Positions 1 through 12,930 of a DNA stretch of 64,000 nucleotides are shown here, piece after piece (the first letter of the stretch is position 1; each line of letters opens with the position of its first letter). A program made the position numbers and the translations under genes. Under the pieces are notes generated by a model, which worked only from the letters and a program-made list of their open reading frames with translations, was not told the DNA's origin and ran no database searches. Source of the DNA: Tubulanus polymorphus (taxonomy: Eukaryota; Animalia; Nemertea); NCBI RefSeq assembly GCF_964204645.1, contig NC_134027.1, positions 15,594,485-15,658,484 on the forward strand. Reading direction: 5' to 3'.

Positions 1-939
1 CAAAATACGCCTCGTTACCAATTTAATATGGAAATACTAAGTCATTCTATTATTCAACGCCCCCTGGTGACCATATAGAAAAACTAATGTCCTTAAAACT
101 CGCAACAATCATAGATGATGTCATGAGCTAGGCCTACAACTTTGCAATTGATTGTGGTTACAAAATATGCCTAGGTACCAATATAATAAAGAAATGCCAA
201 AATATTGTATTATTCAACACCCCCTGGTGGCCATATACGAAATCCAATTACCTTGAAACTCACCACAATCATAGAACACGTTATGAGCTACAACTTTCTA
301 ATTGATTGTGGTAGCAAAATACGCTTAGGTATCAATATAATGTGGAAAAACGTTTTCCCACTTACGAATGAGTACTGGTGACACAAAGATGGCCGCCAAT
401 TGCGTCATAATTGGCTGATGAAAAATACCTGTCTCAGGTATAAAACATCCCTTTCCAAAGAATACACATCATCACAAATTGCAATGAGAAATGGCAAACC
501 AGTAGGAAGCCACAGGACTCAGAATTCGGGCCAAAATTAACAATTGGGCACTAAAAAGGTCATAGGACGGCCATCTTGAGTCCGACCGACCCAATTTTTG
601 TTATGTTAATGGGCCCTGGGGGGATTCACATATATCCGAAAGATCAAGCTAATTGATCAAAGCGTCTTCAAAATTTCCCTCAAAAAGTTCAAAAATGTTC
701 AAAAAGCTGATTTTGGCGAACAACAATGGCTGCTAGTCGGCCATCTTGATTCTGACAGGGCCAGTTTTTGGGCTGAAGATGTGTCTAGGGTAGATACATG
801 TGTAACCCAAATATCAAGACGTTACCTTGAAGCGTCTTCGAAACTTCCCAAAATAACTGGATTCCGTCTACGGACGGCCGGACGGACGAAAAGTGAACGC
901 AATAGCCCGCTGGGACTAAAGTCCCAAGTGGGCTAAAAA
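1..939 (+). mobile_element. 3' part of a non-autonomous Helentron/HINE (pearl/DINE-1-like) element
   Basis: ~157-bp degenerate tandem units start at 1, 160 and 315 (caaaatAcgc...). An ACGG microsatellite lies at ~869-888, and a terminal hairpin TAGCCC-GC-TGGGACT-AA-AGTCCCA-AGT-GGGCTA at 903-935 is followed by an A-run. This is the known HINE layout. Confidence 0.6.
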
Positions 940-973
940 CATAATCACGAACGGTATCATCACTCCCCAATAC

Positions 974-1007
974 CATAGAAGTGTAAACTTCAGTTTACAC
1001 TTCTATG
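974..1007. mobile_element. 34-bp perfect palindrome; minimal CATAG...CTATG TIR element or transposon remnant
   Basis: CATAGAAGTGTAAACT-TC-AGTTTACACTTCTATG, flanked by ccaatac (967-973) and ccattac (1008-1014), a 7-bp TSD with one mismatch. Confidence 0.5.
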
Positions 1008-2241
1008 CCATTACTGACTGTCACTGGTCTCTGGCTAGAAATCATTCTTTATCGGTGCAGTAGGTATGAATTTTCAACTGACTTTGTTCTATGACAATAC
1101 CATCGCCGCTGCGTTACGATGTGATGTAGGCCTACATGTACAAGGGACCTCCAATTTGTAATGTATGTGATGTATAAACTGACTTTAGACCGTTTAATAT
1201 CGACGATAACAAGGTATCACCGACGCCGACATTTTCTGATGCTAACTAGTATGACCCGCCTTTTGGACCGGACCAATTCAATTAAGAAAACGCGTACCGG
1301 TACAGTAAATAAATTAACCGCTGTTGATTTTTCGAAGTATTGATATCCACGAACAAAACTATACTATTATAGAATGTTTAAAAGGAACTGCTTTTAATAA
1401 CAGTATGAATAAACTTACTTCACAAACAAGGAAGTACATTTTTAACTTGTGAATGGTCGAACCCCAGTTATTCACAGTAACCTGTGATTTGGATATTCTC
1501 GGAGCCTTCCTTCTTTATTTATTTATTTATGAAATGACGTCACAAACTTTCAGATCCGCGCCAGTATGCGCGCCATGATTGATGATTGCTATTTCCACCG
1601 GTGTTATCTTTAAGTAACTTCAAGTTTAAAATAGGAAGCACAGTAGCCTACATCCATAGAAACTACGCGCAGAAAGAGACAGTTATATTATCATCAGAGT
1701 TTAACATTTCGTTTCAAAGTTGTTAGTAGTCAAATCTAATAGAAGATGATTTTTATGTGACGAAACTCAGTGGAAAATATGTTAAAATAATAATCAGCAG
1801 GAATCAAAAGGGATTCGAACCCACTACGCCAAAGCTGTTCCCCGAACCCCTTGACCTCACGAGTATTTGGAGTCATTACTAGCCGACCAGAATCCGGTCG
1901 TACCAATCACAGCGCTTGTAACTAACGACAGAAGACATCGGATGGTTTTCCCGTTAAATGGACCAAACAGCGAACGTTCAATCGAACAAGGAAGTATTTC
2001 GCAAATCGATATATGACCAGCGCCAGTAATGAAATCACGCTTCGTGAGGCCAGGGGGCTGGTGGAAGCGAGTTCGGGAGTGATACCGGACCCCTGGCAAG
2101 CGAGGATGGCTGGATACAGGTTGCGACGAGTCGGTAAGCGTCGGGTTGCCCAGTTGCCGTCGCAAGCCGGCTTTATGTCGAACCGATAGAGCAGCAACGC
2201 CAACTCTCGTAGACCCGTTGCTCGTCGACATAAGCCAGCCC

Positions 2242-2455
2242 GGTAAAAGTGCAGATCCGCACCTCTCCGCGTAAACGATTTAATCAATTACGTTAAATAT
2301 CATTGTTTCAGATTCAAAATGTCGTCTGCAATTCAGTACATTGCCATTGCCTGGTTAATTCTTAAGATATCTCCACAGAAAGAAAGATTTTAGCCAAGAT
2401 TCTGTCATTCAGCAGATTGCATCAATCACGAGAGGTGCGGATCTGCACTTTTACC
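2242..2455. mobile_element. Merlin-like MITE
   Basis: 26-bp TIR GGTAAAAGTGCAGATCCGCACCTCTC and its reverse complement, with a perfect 8-bp TSD GCCAGCCC (2234-2241, 2456-2463). GG...CC ends plus an 8-bp TSD fit Merlin/IS1016. Confidence 0.75.
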
Positions 2456-4563
2456 GCCAGCCCTTATTTAGGCCCAGCCAGGTTCATTAATCAGACAACA
2501 CATACCGACACCGAACTTTATTGGTCCAACCTCCCTCAGCCATGCTCACAACTCCTGACCTGACGAATAGGCTTAGTACTATAGGCCTGTAGTAGGGCCT
2601 AGTTCGTGTTAAATGAAAGTCGACTTCCACTCCGGATGAATAGGCAAATAGAGGGTGGCTCCGAGAAAATCCAGATCGGGTCTACGTGGTTTCACCTAAT
2701 TAGTCTGAATACCAGTAGTTGTTACCGGTTCCCTACATCGTCTGAGGCTAAAGTATCATAGAGGTTAACTCCTGTTAATTGCAATGCAACAACTGATTTT
2801 AGTGTCAAATCAAACTTTTGCACTCAAATAAATTAATTAGTTACCTTGTTGACTGAGAAAGGTGCGATATTTCTGAATAGCAAGAATAGCATTATATTTG
2901 ATGTTCTTGCTTTTATAAACGTTATTCTATAGAAAATATGTGCTATTGTACAATTTTGCGATTCTATGCTTTTATACTGCTATTGTAATGTTACTGTGCT
3001 CCTCTTTATTATAGCACGGAAGTGCTTTTCTAACGATCTTAAGATTAGCGTACGATCGCAATACGATCGCGTGCTCCTGTGCTATTGTGCTCCTCTTCAT
3101 GTAACTATGAACGGAAGTGCTCTTCTAACGATCGTAAGAATGGCGTACGATCGCAATACGATCGCGTGCTCCTGTGCTATTGTGCTCCTCTTCATGTAAC
3201 TATGAACGGTACCCAAGTAGCGCTGTGATGTCAGAATGACATCATAATTACGTCATACCTTGATGTCAGGATGGCATCATATCATGATGTCAAATTGATA
3301 TCAGAGTTGCTCATAGGAATGATGTCATATTAATGTCATATCATGATGTTATTCTGACGTCTTTCTGATCCAAAATGATGTCAATATGACATTGATTTTG
3401 ATGATCAGAAATACGTCATTTTGATGTCCCTTTTTAAATCATTTAATTGATGAAAATATGACATCATTCCGACGTTCCATTTGCAACCATTGATTTATTG
3501 ATTCCACTTATCCAAACAAAATCCTTAAAAGGTGTGAATCCTCAGTCTGTAATTGAGCCCACTCATTAAAAACTACTGAAAAGAATCTTATGGTGAATTA
3601 AGGTAAATCGTAGGCTTAATAGCACATTTTATTTTTTTTTACAAAAAATTAAGGCGATGGAATAAAAAATAATCCCGTCATCAAAAAGTGAACATATTCG
3701 TGTACATGGATTCTACAGTTATAGAATTATTGCTGATTTTTTGATACTTAGCCATTTACATTTCGATACAGCTTACAGCTTTACAGTTACAGTTATTTTA
3801 AAATGAATATCTCTTTAGATTATACATACGTTACAAGGTTAAAAATTGTTGTACTAACCTCTACTCTTTTCAAAGTATCTAACAAAATAACAAATTTTTT
3901 ATTCACTTAAATCTAAACCCTGCTCTCTTGTAAGCTACGTCTTCAATTTCATAAACTGTACATAAATATATTGACTCAGTTTATACATAATATTCTATTC
4001 ACAACATTATTTTTTAAAGACTTTACTACATATTTGCTCCTTCATCAGTCAAATTATGCGAGAAATTCCACATTCCGAACAAAAATTGATTAGTCCTATT
4101 ATCAGAATTACTTTGGTATATTAATCAAACTCCCAAGTTATTTATGCCCAAAAAGGAGATGACATTTATGGATTTCAATTCTACTGTTAACTCCACGTAT
4201 CTTGAATCAAAGAACTCGGAAAACCGAATTAGTCGGACTAATTTACAATACTTTCAGAAGCAATACATGTACAAATATTAATTCAACATTTATGGTTACT
4301 TGGCATTCGTCTGACAAAAAATGGCGGTCCTGAAAGATTTGATTTAAAGCGTAGTCTACTAACCTGACGTTAATTAGATATGAAAATGACAAATGTTCTA
4401 CGGGTTAAATCGAAGAAACATCCTCATTGGTCCGATCAAATGATCATTATAACTGGTTGAAATTCATAGAATACAACTGTTATTCGGAATATTGAGAGAT
4501 CAAACAAACATGACTTAGATAAAAGAAAACCTTTCAACTACATATACATCGAGAATACTAAGT

Positions 4564-4838
4564 TAGTTTTCAAGAAAACGTCAACATTTAAAACAGATCC
4601 TGAAACACCTCAAGCAGAATTAAACCAAAAAGTAGTCTCTTTTGAAATTTGCTAGCTAGTTTTCAAGAAAACGTCGACATTCAAAACAGATTTTGAAACG
4701 GATTTAAGCAGAATTAAACAAAAATGTAGTCTCTTTTGAAATTTGCTAGCTAGTTTTCAAGCGAAACGTCAACATTTAAAACAGATCTTGAAACAGTTTT
4801 AAATAGAATTAAACAAAAATGTAGTCTCTTTTGAAATT
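4564..4838. repeat. ~93-bp tandem repeat, 3 copies
   Basis: Unit tagttttcaagaaaacgtcaacatttaaaacagat...gtagtctcttttgaaatt begins at ~4564, 4657 and 4751. Confidence 0.85.
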
Positions 4839-5227
4839 GTTGGTAGAGAGTTTAAAAAATCATAAGCTCATAAAGGCAAAACACCACATGAGATTTCATT
4901 TTTAAATAAGTATATAGGTTGATTAATAACAGATGTTTTCTGGAACATTTTTTCCCTTGTCAGATTAGAATGCGGCTGAATTCATACTAATACATGTATT
5001 CAGATTATGTACATGACTATTGATTACCTCAAGTTGAGTTTATTTATAAAATAACCGAATAGAATTTGATTTAAACACTGAGTTAGAATTATCTAAAGAC
5101 GTTAAGCATGAACTATGAGCCGTGTTAATGTTCCAGAAATGTTTCGTGATGAATAAATTTATGAAATTTAATCATTTGAAAATGAGCTCTTTCGTGGTGT
5201 TTTCTCTCTTATATGTAACATACTAAA

Positions 5228-5815
5228 TCTAATTATTGATGTCGATCTCCTGCAGTGCGTTGTTTCTTTTGGCGCTCGCCTTTACGCGGTCTGGGGCGTA
5301 TCTCAGCCAGTCCTTCATTGTGCGCTCGATATCGATCCTGGTGTGCTGGTTTCCACCGCGCTGTACTGTATCTGAATCGAAAGAAATTTTGTTCATACAT
5401 CTGTTCAATAAAATATATGAATAAAAGAATCGGGAAAAACAGAACTACATACCTATAATGACCTTGGAAAGCCTTGTCGAGTTAAAGGCTGTTTTCGGAG
5501 CTTTCCCCAGCCAGTTGAATTCTGCTGCTAGTTTGTTGGAAAGTAGGGTCTTCATAATTGACTTTGTGGAATCTTTAGTCGTTTGCGCAGAATACAAACT
5601 AAGGTACCCTATCTAGAACATAAAAAGATTGGTTTACACATAGGTTTATTTCTTCATTTCTAAGCAGCTCCAACGTTAATACAGAACCTTGAATTTTATG
5701 ATAATAATCACTTACCAGCCCTTCTCTGGTCGCCAAGTCTCCCCCAAGCCTATCAAATTGCGTTTTCTCATCAAGAGGTAGATCTATGTCGTCTGGTAAT
5801 TTGGCTATGGCACCG
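5228..5815 (-). pseudogene. 3' exons of the CMC accessory gene (DUF4806-like)
   Basis: Minus-strand exon translations LPLDEKTQFDRL, KSIMKTLLSNKLAAEFNWLGKAPKTAF and IERTMKDWLRYAPDR match the pattern of the accessory protein of animal EnSpm elements. Confidence 0.6.
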
Positions 5816-6849
5816 TGCAGGTGATGTTCAGCATCAACCTGGCGACGGAAATCGTGATCTCTCCGTAAGGGACAATTGGAATCTGTAAACAACATTTTTC
5901 CATTCCAGTTTCCAGGAATAGTACATTTACTGCAACCAGAATAACCACTATGCCCTTTTATATGCTTTACAAATGCCAAAGCTGGGGCATCACAAATAAC
6001 TGCTGCTACATAAACATAATAAGTTTTATCTTTGTAACTAAAAACTAGATTCAAGTTGGTGAATTTCATCGACAAAGGGTATTAGAAAATCAGTATCTGA
6101 AGGCTTTTTTGGCCGTAAAATAGGCCAGCAATGAATGGTTGACTTACGGTATCATTATTTGTAGGTAAAGTAATTTTACATAAAACTGGCCAAAACTGTG
6201 AGTTAGAACTTTTGAATAGCGGAAGACCATCAATATTCACTTGTAATAACAATTTTTGGTCATCATCTAAATCAAAGTCAATTTTATCTAACCAATTACA
6301 AATTCCTAATCGTGCCCCGAAGTGATAATATTGACCACTTGATACTGAACTTATATCAACTGTCGAGATATTATATGTTTGTAATAATGTTCTGGGGTCT
6401 GTAGGCAAGGATGGGTGACATGGGCTTAAAATCTTTAATAAAGCGCCTACAGCTACTTGTGTAATATTGTGATCAGTAGCCCATTGAGCAAGAGATTTAG
6501 ACAGCTCTTGGGGTGATTGTTGTTCTTCTGTGTAACTTTCACAGTCGTTAGAAGACAAAGTGTTTATTGATGCAGAAGAACCAGTTATTTCTGATAATTG
6601 ATCATCCAGTTCATCAAATGCTATAGGACTTGAATTTCCAAGTCCGTAGCTTGAATCTTCCCCCAATAACTCAGGTGAATTCGGCAATACAGCACCCAGA
6701 GTTACATCATTTTCATCATTGGGAGTATTTACAGAATAAATTTGACTCTGATGTTGAGTAGAATTGGATTCTAAGGAATTTACAATTGATGCAACTTCAC
6801 GCCTAATGCGGCGGCGGCGTGTCCAAAACGATGGCTTTTTCTGATCCAT
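5816..6849 (-). pseudogene. CMC/EnSpm transposase, N-terminal half (frameshifted, truncated)
   Basis: Motifs LPTDPRTLL, VNIDGLPLFKSSNSQFWPVL and ICDAPALAFVKHIKGHSGYSGCSKC. Frameshift near 6100; fused by deletion to the accessory gene after HHLHG. Confidence 0.85.
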
Positions 6850-8434
6850 AAAATGGAGAGGCTATTGCTTATGATTATTCATTTAAATTAGAACAGGCCA
6901 AAATTTAAAGTGTTGTGCCGAACTGTAATCAGCCAACAAGACTCGAACCCACCGGTCGCTCAGCACTGCTTATATAGTGAACGCAACACGCCTTACCCCA
7001 CTCCGACTGCGAGGATGCTTCTAAATCAGTACAATCAAATAGAAATAATACGAATATTTGGAGATACTGCTAGATAGTTAACTATACTAATAAATACTGA
7101 AGTATAAATAAAATGTTTTTTATCTATGGTTTTAAGAATTTAGTTTCAAATCTCCGCAAATGAAATTGAGGCTTGCAGCAATAAAATGTCAATCAAATTC
7201 AATTTTAAAAAAGGATCCTGACAAAACAAAAATTACGTCCAATTTAAACGAATTGAATTGAACTGACAAACAACTCGACAGAATCCAATAGCTGTGGTTA
7301 CCGGGTATATAAGACCATTAATCAGAAACGTGAATACGAAACAAAAGCAAAGCATACTTAGGGTAAATTCAATAGAAAACCTGTTTCTTTTGTCTCCGAA
7401 GATCGCTCCTTTGTTCGTGTTCACGGTGAATAATGCATCTTATGCGCATGTGCAACAAATAGCGTGACTCAGCATTGTTATCGTTGGTTTCGAATCCCAT
7501 CGATATATTGCCGTAATAAAGATTGATAATCATCTAAATACAAACAACTTTTTTTTAAATAATGTAACACACCTTTATTTAAATATAGTTTTCAAAGAAT
7601 GATCAATAATCGAAAAGTTTTCTACCCATGACCCCATGATGTCGAAATTTCATCGCTAACGGACATCATAATGACGTCTATTCACGATGGAAACTATAAC
7701 TGAATTTTCACCCATTTAACGACGACATACGGATCATAAAACATCAAAATATATCTTTTAGAATTATTACTCAAATAAGGCTCCCCATAATTGTCGGAAT
7801 ATTTGTCCCCAATATTTCATTTTCTAACATCGCAATGATGTCAGATTGTCATCATATTCCGACAGTCGGTACGGTCAGATTTCGACGGATTTCTGACATC
7901 ATTATGACGTAATGCTGCTACTTGGGTAGTGCTTTTCTAACGTCTTCAGATGATGCTCCTCTTGGTGTTTGAACGGTTGTGTTATATTTTTACATTTTTA
8001 TATATTTTTACAATTTTATTATTAATGCTCTAATTAACTCTCAAAATACCGGACAGCCTAACGAAGTATCCAAGAACTTTGGATAATACCGGTACTCCAC
8101 GTTTGTTGTCGTCATTCGTCGCATTTTTTTCGTTGACGTAATAGTCATCGTGCAATTCACCAAATATCGCTAAAGCATCTTCTCCAAATTTATATTCCAC
8201 TTGTTTGGTGTGCATTTCTAAAAGCGCTTTATAGTATCTTTTTAAGAATCCTTGAAACTCTTCCGGCATGGGTATCTTATAGTCAGAGAATTTGAAGATC
8301 ACTTCTCCCGGGCTGGATACAAGGTATCTGTAACAAACAATTATTATACACTTAAATCTTTACTTATTATTCATTCTAACTTTCATTTCTTTATATCCTC
8401 ATTTACCTATCATAAAATCCGTCATAATCAAAAC

Positions 8435-9617
8435 TAAACCCTAACCCTCTAGACCCTAACTCAATAGACACTTAACTCTCTAAACCCTAACCACCTAAAC
8501 ACTAACCCTATAAACCCTAACCTTCTAAACCCTAACCCTCTAAACCCTAACTCAATAGACACTTAACTCTCTAAACCCTAACCATCTAAACCCTAACCCT
8601 CTTAACCCTAACTCAATAGACACTTAACTCTCTAAACTCTAACCGCCTTAACCCTAACCCCTAAACCCTAACCCTATAAACCCTAACCTTTTAAACCCTA
8701 ATGATACTAGTGAACAAAAATTACTATAAACCCTTACCCTCTAAACCCTAACCCCATAAACCCTAACTCAATAGACACTTAACTCTCTAAACCCTAACCG
8801 CCTAAACCCTAACCCCCTAAACCCTAACCCTCTAAACCCTAACCCCTAACCCCATCAACCCTAACTCAATAGACACTTAACTCTCTAAACCCTAAACCCT
8901 AACCCCTAAACCCTAACCCTGTAAACCCTAACCTTCTAAACCCTAATAATACTAGTGAACAAAAATAACTATAAACCCTAACCCTCTAAACCCTAACTCA
9001 ATAGACACTTAACTCTCTTAACCCTAACCCCCTAAACCCTAACCCCCCTCAACCCTAACTCAATAGACACTTAACTCTCTAAACTCTAACCGCCTAAACC
9101 CTAACCCCTAAACCCTAACCCTATAAACCCTAACCTTTTAAACCCTAATGATACTAGTGAACAAAAATTACTATAAACCCTAACCCTCTAAACCCTAACC
9201 CCATAAACCCTAACTCAATAGACACTTAACTCTCTAAACCCTAACCGCCTAAACCCTAACCCCCTAAACCCTAACCCTATAAACCCTAACCTTTTAAACC
9301 CTAATGATACTAGTGAACAAAAATTACTATAAACCCTAACCCTCTAAACCCTAACCCCACAAACCCTAACTCAATAGACATTTAACTCTCTAAACCCTAA
9401 CCGCCTAAACCCTAACCCTATAAACCCTAACCTTCTAAACCCTTACTCTCTAAACCCTAACCCTCTAAAGCATAATCCCCTAAACCCTTACCCTCTAAAC
9501 CCTAACTCAATAGACACTTCAGTCTCTAAACCCTAACCCCCTAAACCATAACCCCCTAATATAAATCCTATAGGCCTAAACCCTAACCTTATTACTCTAT
9601 ACCTAAACCCTAACCTT
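8435..9617. repeat. Telomere-like (TAAACCCTAACCC) minisatellite with higher-order units
   Basis: Dozens of CCCTAA/CCCTAAA units are interspersed with recurring spacers AACTCAATAGACACTTAACTCTC and ATACTAGTGAACAAAAATTACTAT. Confidence 0.9.
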
Positions 9618-10758
9618 ATAGAATAGCGAAGACGTTTGCTATTCTATGCTATCGTAAGGTTTTGTAGAATAGCAAGAATAGCAATAAATACTGCGATTCA
9701 GTGCTCCTCTTGCTATTCAGAAATATCGCACCATTATGTGTTGACTTTGAAAACAGGTTTTATAATAATAGTCTTAATGATTTAAATCGCGAACCGGGAA
9801 ATTTATTGATTTGATTTGAATTGAATGCCACAATCGCGATTTCCAATACGGGGGTCATTCTACAGTAACATATGAATCTACTGTCCCGACAATTCAAGCT
9901 GTAATATTTATACACAAATTATAAATAAATAATTTTCTGAAAAAGAATCCATTATCTCATAATGAAATGGGACATTCGGCCCACTTTTACACGTGTTTAT
10001 GAGAGTAACTGATTTTTTTTTTCGTTTTTAAAAGTTTTGTGGTCCCGATATTTTGCCTGTCCTGGAGGCCGTATCCAAATTTTGAAAGACAAATAAAAGA
10101 ATAGATTCGTGATTTAATAGCGGTATTTTCGCAGAATTAAGTTATGTGATATGAATTAATTATAAAGATGCATTAATAATCATGAAGCTCCATAAATAAA
10201 TAAATTATTGAATAATTGAAACCTCTTATCCCTTGTCCGTATTTCCTGGTCATCTACGTCACGCTCAGTTAAAATGTACGCTTAGGTGGGATTCGACCCT
10301 AAAAGTTAAATCACGTGATCACAAGTCAACCGTGACAACGCGCTCTTTTTGAATGCGAAAAGTGCAGGTGAGTTAATCTTAGTATTTCTATCAATTCAAG
10401 CTGAATGAACATAATGTCTATGCGTACCTTTATTCATCGTCATCTACGAACGGTCTAGATTCGCGGCAACATCAGTTTTAAGTAGAAAAAAAATGCCCTG
10501 ACCATAATATATGCGGTGCACATTTCCGTAGCGATCATGACTATAGACCCTTGGTTAATAAGTAGGTCAGGTGGAAATGTTATTAAGTGCAGTCATCTAC
10601 GTCACGGTCATTTACGTCACATTCTGCCACCTCAGAAAAGTGACGTAGATGACCAAAATTTCGACCTATTCCTCACCAACTTGATATGCACCTAAAAAAC
10701 TTATAGAATGCATAATTATTTCGTTTTAAAATATAAATATCTAATTTATGTTTGTAGG

Positions 10759-12298
10759 ATGCCGTTAACTGCCGCCGAGCGGGCAAAACGTTATCGCGAA
10801 AGACAAAAGGCCAAAGGCGCGGAATTTCTTGAAAAAGAGCGTACACGGCAGAAAAAACTTTATGTGCCAATACAGGAAAAACATCGCGGGATCAACGACA
10901 TCAACGACGAAGATGGAAGGTAAACGGAGCCGCATATAAAAAACGGAAACGCGAGTTCACTGAAATAGAGAGGGCTTTGGGCACGCCCCCAACGACACCG
11001 ACACAAGAAGATGGTCCAACACCACCCAGGCCAAGTGAGCGGCGTCAGCAGGGGCGCAAAAAAGTTAAGCGTGATAGGGCTGCGGCCTATAGGCAGTTGA
11101 AATCCCTAAAAATTAAACTCTTTAATGAGTCTCGCAAAAGGGAAATGTATCGGAAACGCTGTGAGAGAACTCGGCATGAGTTAAGCTCCTTGTTGTCTCC
11201 CGTAAAACAAAAAACGAATGCGCAGTTACTAGATCGTAGCAAGTTGAAAAAACATGACATTCCACCATGCGTTGATACACGATATTCGTTCAAAATACAA
11301 CCAAACTAAAGCAATAAGGCAGAAGCAAATCTTTAAAATGATAACATGCGGTTGGCTCATTCGAAAGTATAGATTGTTGAATTATGCACGAAAAGTGCTT
11401 GGCTATCACCACAACACACCCGTCTTAGGGTCGATCTTAAATCCATCTCGTAAGAAACGATCCGACGCGATATCCAATGAGAATATAAATCACATTCGTG
11501 AATTTTATCAGAGAGATGACAATAGTCGAATGTTACCTGGCAAGAAGGACACCATCACAAGAGGAAAAGTAAAAATGCAAAAACGCACATTGACGGATGA
11601 TATAAAAATTCTTCATCAAAAGTACCTCTTTGATCATCCCACCATATAGCGTTGTGTCCGGTGGTGTTGTACGTCTTCGGGCTGTGGATATCGCCACCTT
11701 AATGCCTCTTACGTTTTCAGCACATCAAAGTGACGGAACGTCACGAACGCTGCAAACTTTGACAGCTCGCGGGCTTGCAAATACACGTCAATTAGTTAAA
11801 TTAAGTAAATTGTACTTTGCGTGTTGAAGATCTGGTTGGTTTTTTTCTGACGTGTATCACTTTGGCGTGTACGTTTCCCGGCGAAAGTTCAAAAACTAAT
11901 ATTCCTCAGTAGTGCCTCGGTGTTGGATATTAATTCTATTTAGTCGTTGAAGAATCTTACAGTCACAACTCTCATATTTTACGATTAATCCAATGAAACC
12001 ATTCCTAATATTAGTTTTATAAACAGTAGATAGTGAAGTAATATGTCGAAGTGTTACTTACAGTTAAATGAATGCCTTTATAAATATAAAATGCATAAAT
12101 TGGATGGTGTTTCCTGTGGACAAGAGTCATTGCAACATCGCCTTTTTGGCTTGAACACCGTTTGAATACATGCAGTAGTATATGGAAAAGCATTTTTCAT
12201 GTGACACTTTTCATGAGCGTATTAAGAAAGTGCGAGACAGATGAAATTTAGCATAAGTAAGCTATGGGCTGCGACCATATTGGGTTGTGTTCCCTCGC
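10759..12298 (+). pseudogene. Sola2 transposase, 5' part (frameshifted, interrupted)
   Basis: MPLTAAERAKRYRERQK, then FYQRDDNSRMLPGKKDTIT...MQKRTL, then LRPYWVVFPR, which continues in frame as LSDRNTCAC after the Polinton at 36879. Confidence 0.8.
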
Positions 12299-12495
12299 AG
12301 TAATAGGGGTAATGGGCTTTCAGGCCAAAGGTCGAAGGGTCGAGCTCATTAAAAAACAAAACATTAAAAGTAATTTAAAACTATAATATATTTTCATAAC
12401 CGTGTGTATTTTATATTATAACTAAATATTTATTCTAAGATATTAATAATTTTAATTTTAAAAGCATATTGTATTAAATCAATTGGTCGCTCCAC

Positions 12496-12930
12496 GATAG
12501 GTAGAACACAATATCCGTGTTGACGCGATGAGGAGAGAATCCCACAATGATAATAAAAAGTCCGAAAATGAAACTTCGAGATAGTAGTTTATTTCAACGT
12601 TTCGACTATATCCTAATAGTCATCTTCAGGAATAATGAGATACTACAGAAATTATGAGATATATATACAATCCAGAGACAAAGAGACTAATTCAAGTAAT
12701 CAGAGATGATACAAACTAAAGGAAAATTAACGTAGAAACAGTTACACGCTAAAATAGATTAAAGGGAAGCAAACTAAGGGGTGATTATAAACAACAATAG
12801 TGAGTATAAATATAAATGAAACTTAAAGTCAGTAGTAAAAAGAAAGACAAACTAGGGGGCACTTAAATTAAAACAAAGGTGAATCCAAGTTAAGTCAGAG
12901 ACGAAATTGATGAGAGAACAATTCGCTTCG
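12496..12930 (-). mobile_element. Penelope-like element fragment inserted in the P1 left TIR
   Basis: Absent from the right TIR and carries a minimal hammerhead motif typical of Penelope pseudo-LTRs. Confidence 0.6.
12589..12636 (-). ncRNA. Minimal type I hammerhead ribozyme motif
   Basis: Minus strand ttattc-CTGAAGA-t-GACTAT-taggat-ATAGTC-GAAA-CGTT-gaaataa. It has the CUGANGA and GAAA core, a 6-bp stem II, a palindromic minimal stem III and an imperfect stem I. Confidence 0.65.

Larger units (their letters stand above)
3212..7926 (-). mobile_element. CMC/EnSpm (animal CACTA-type) DNA transposon, internally deleted
   Basis: TIR CCCAAGTAGC...GCTACTTGGG with a TA duplication (3210-11, 7927-28). 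Removing it restores the host repeat gaacgg-ta-gtgcttttctaacg. Subterminal tgatgtca/tgacatca repeats are present and it encodes transposase remnants. Confidence 0.85.
2861..9732. mobile_element. Large non-autonomous TIR element (GG...CC ends, possibly Merlin-like) containing tandem repeats, a nested CMC element and a telomere-like array
   Basis: 25-bp TIR GGTGCGATATTTCTGAATAGCAAGA (2861-2885) and its reverse complement (9708-9732). Subterminal tgctat/gtgctcctct motifs occur at both ends, with ~95-bp tandem units at ~2995-3209. No TSD found. Confidence 0.55.

Noticed and set aside
1857-2287. Overlapping 121-124-aa minus-strand ORFs
   Set aside because: No recognisable domain, and one runs across the MITE boundary.
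8435-9617. True telomere or CRISPR-like repeat-spacer array
   Set aside because: It is internal, degenerate and bounded by a transposon TIR. The spacers are repeated rather than unique, and there are no cas genes.
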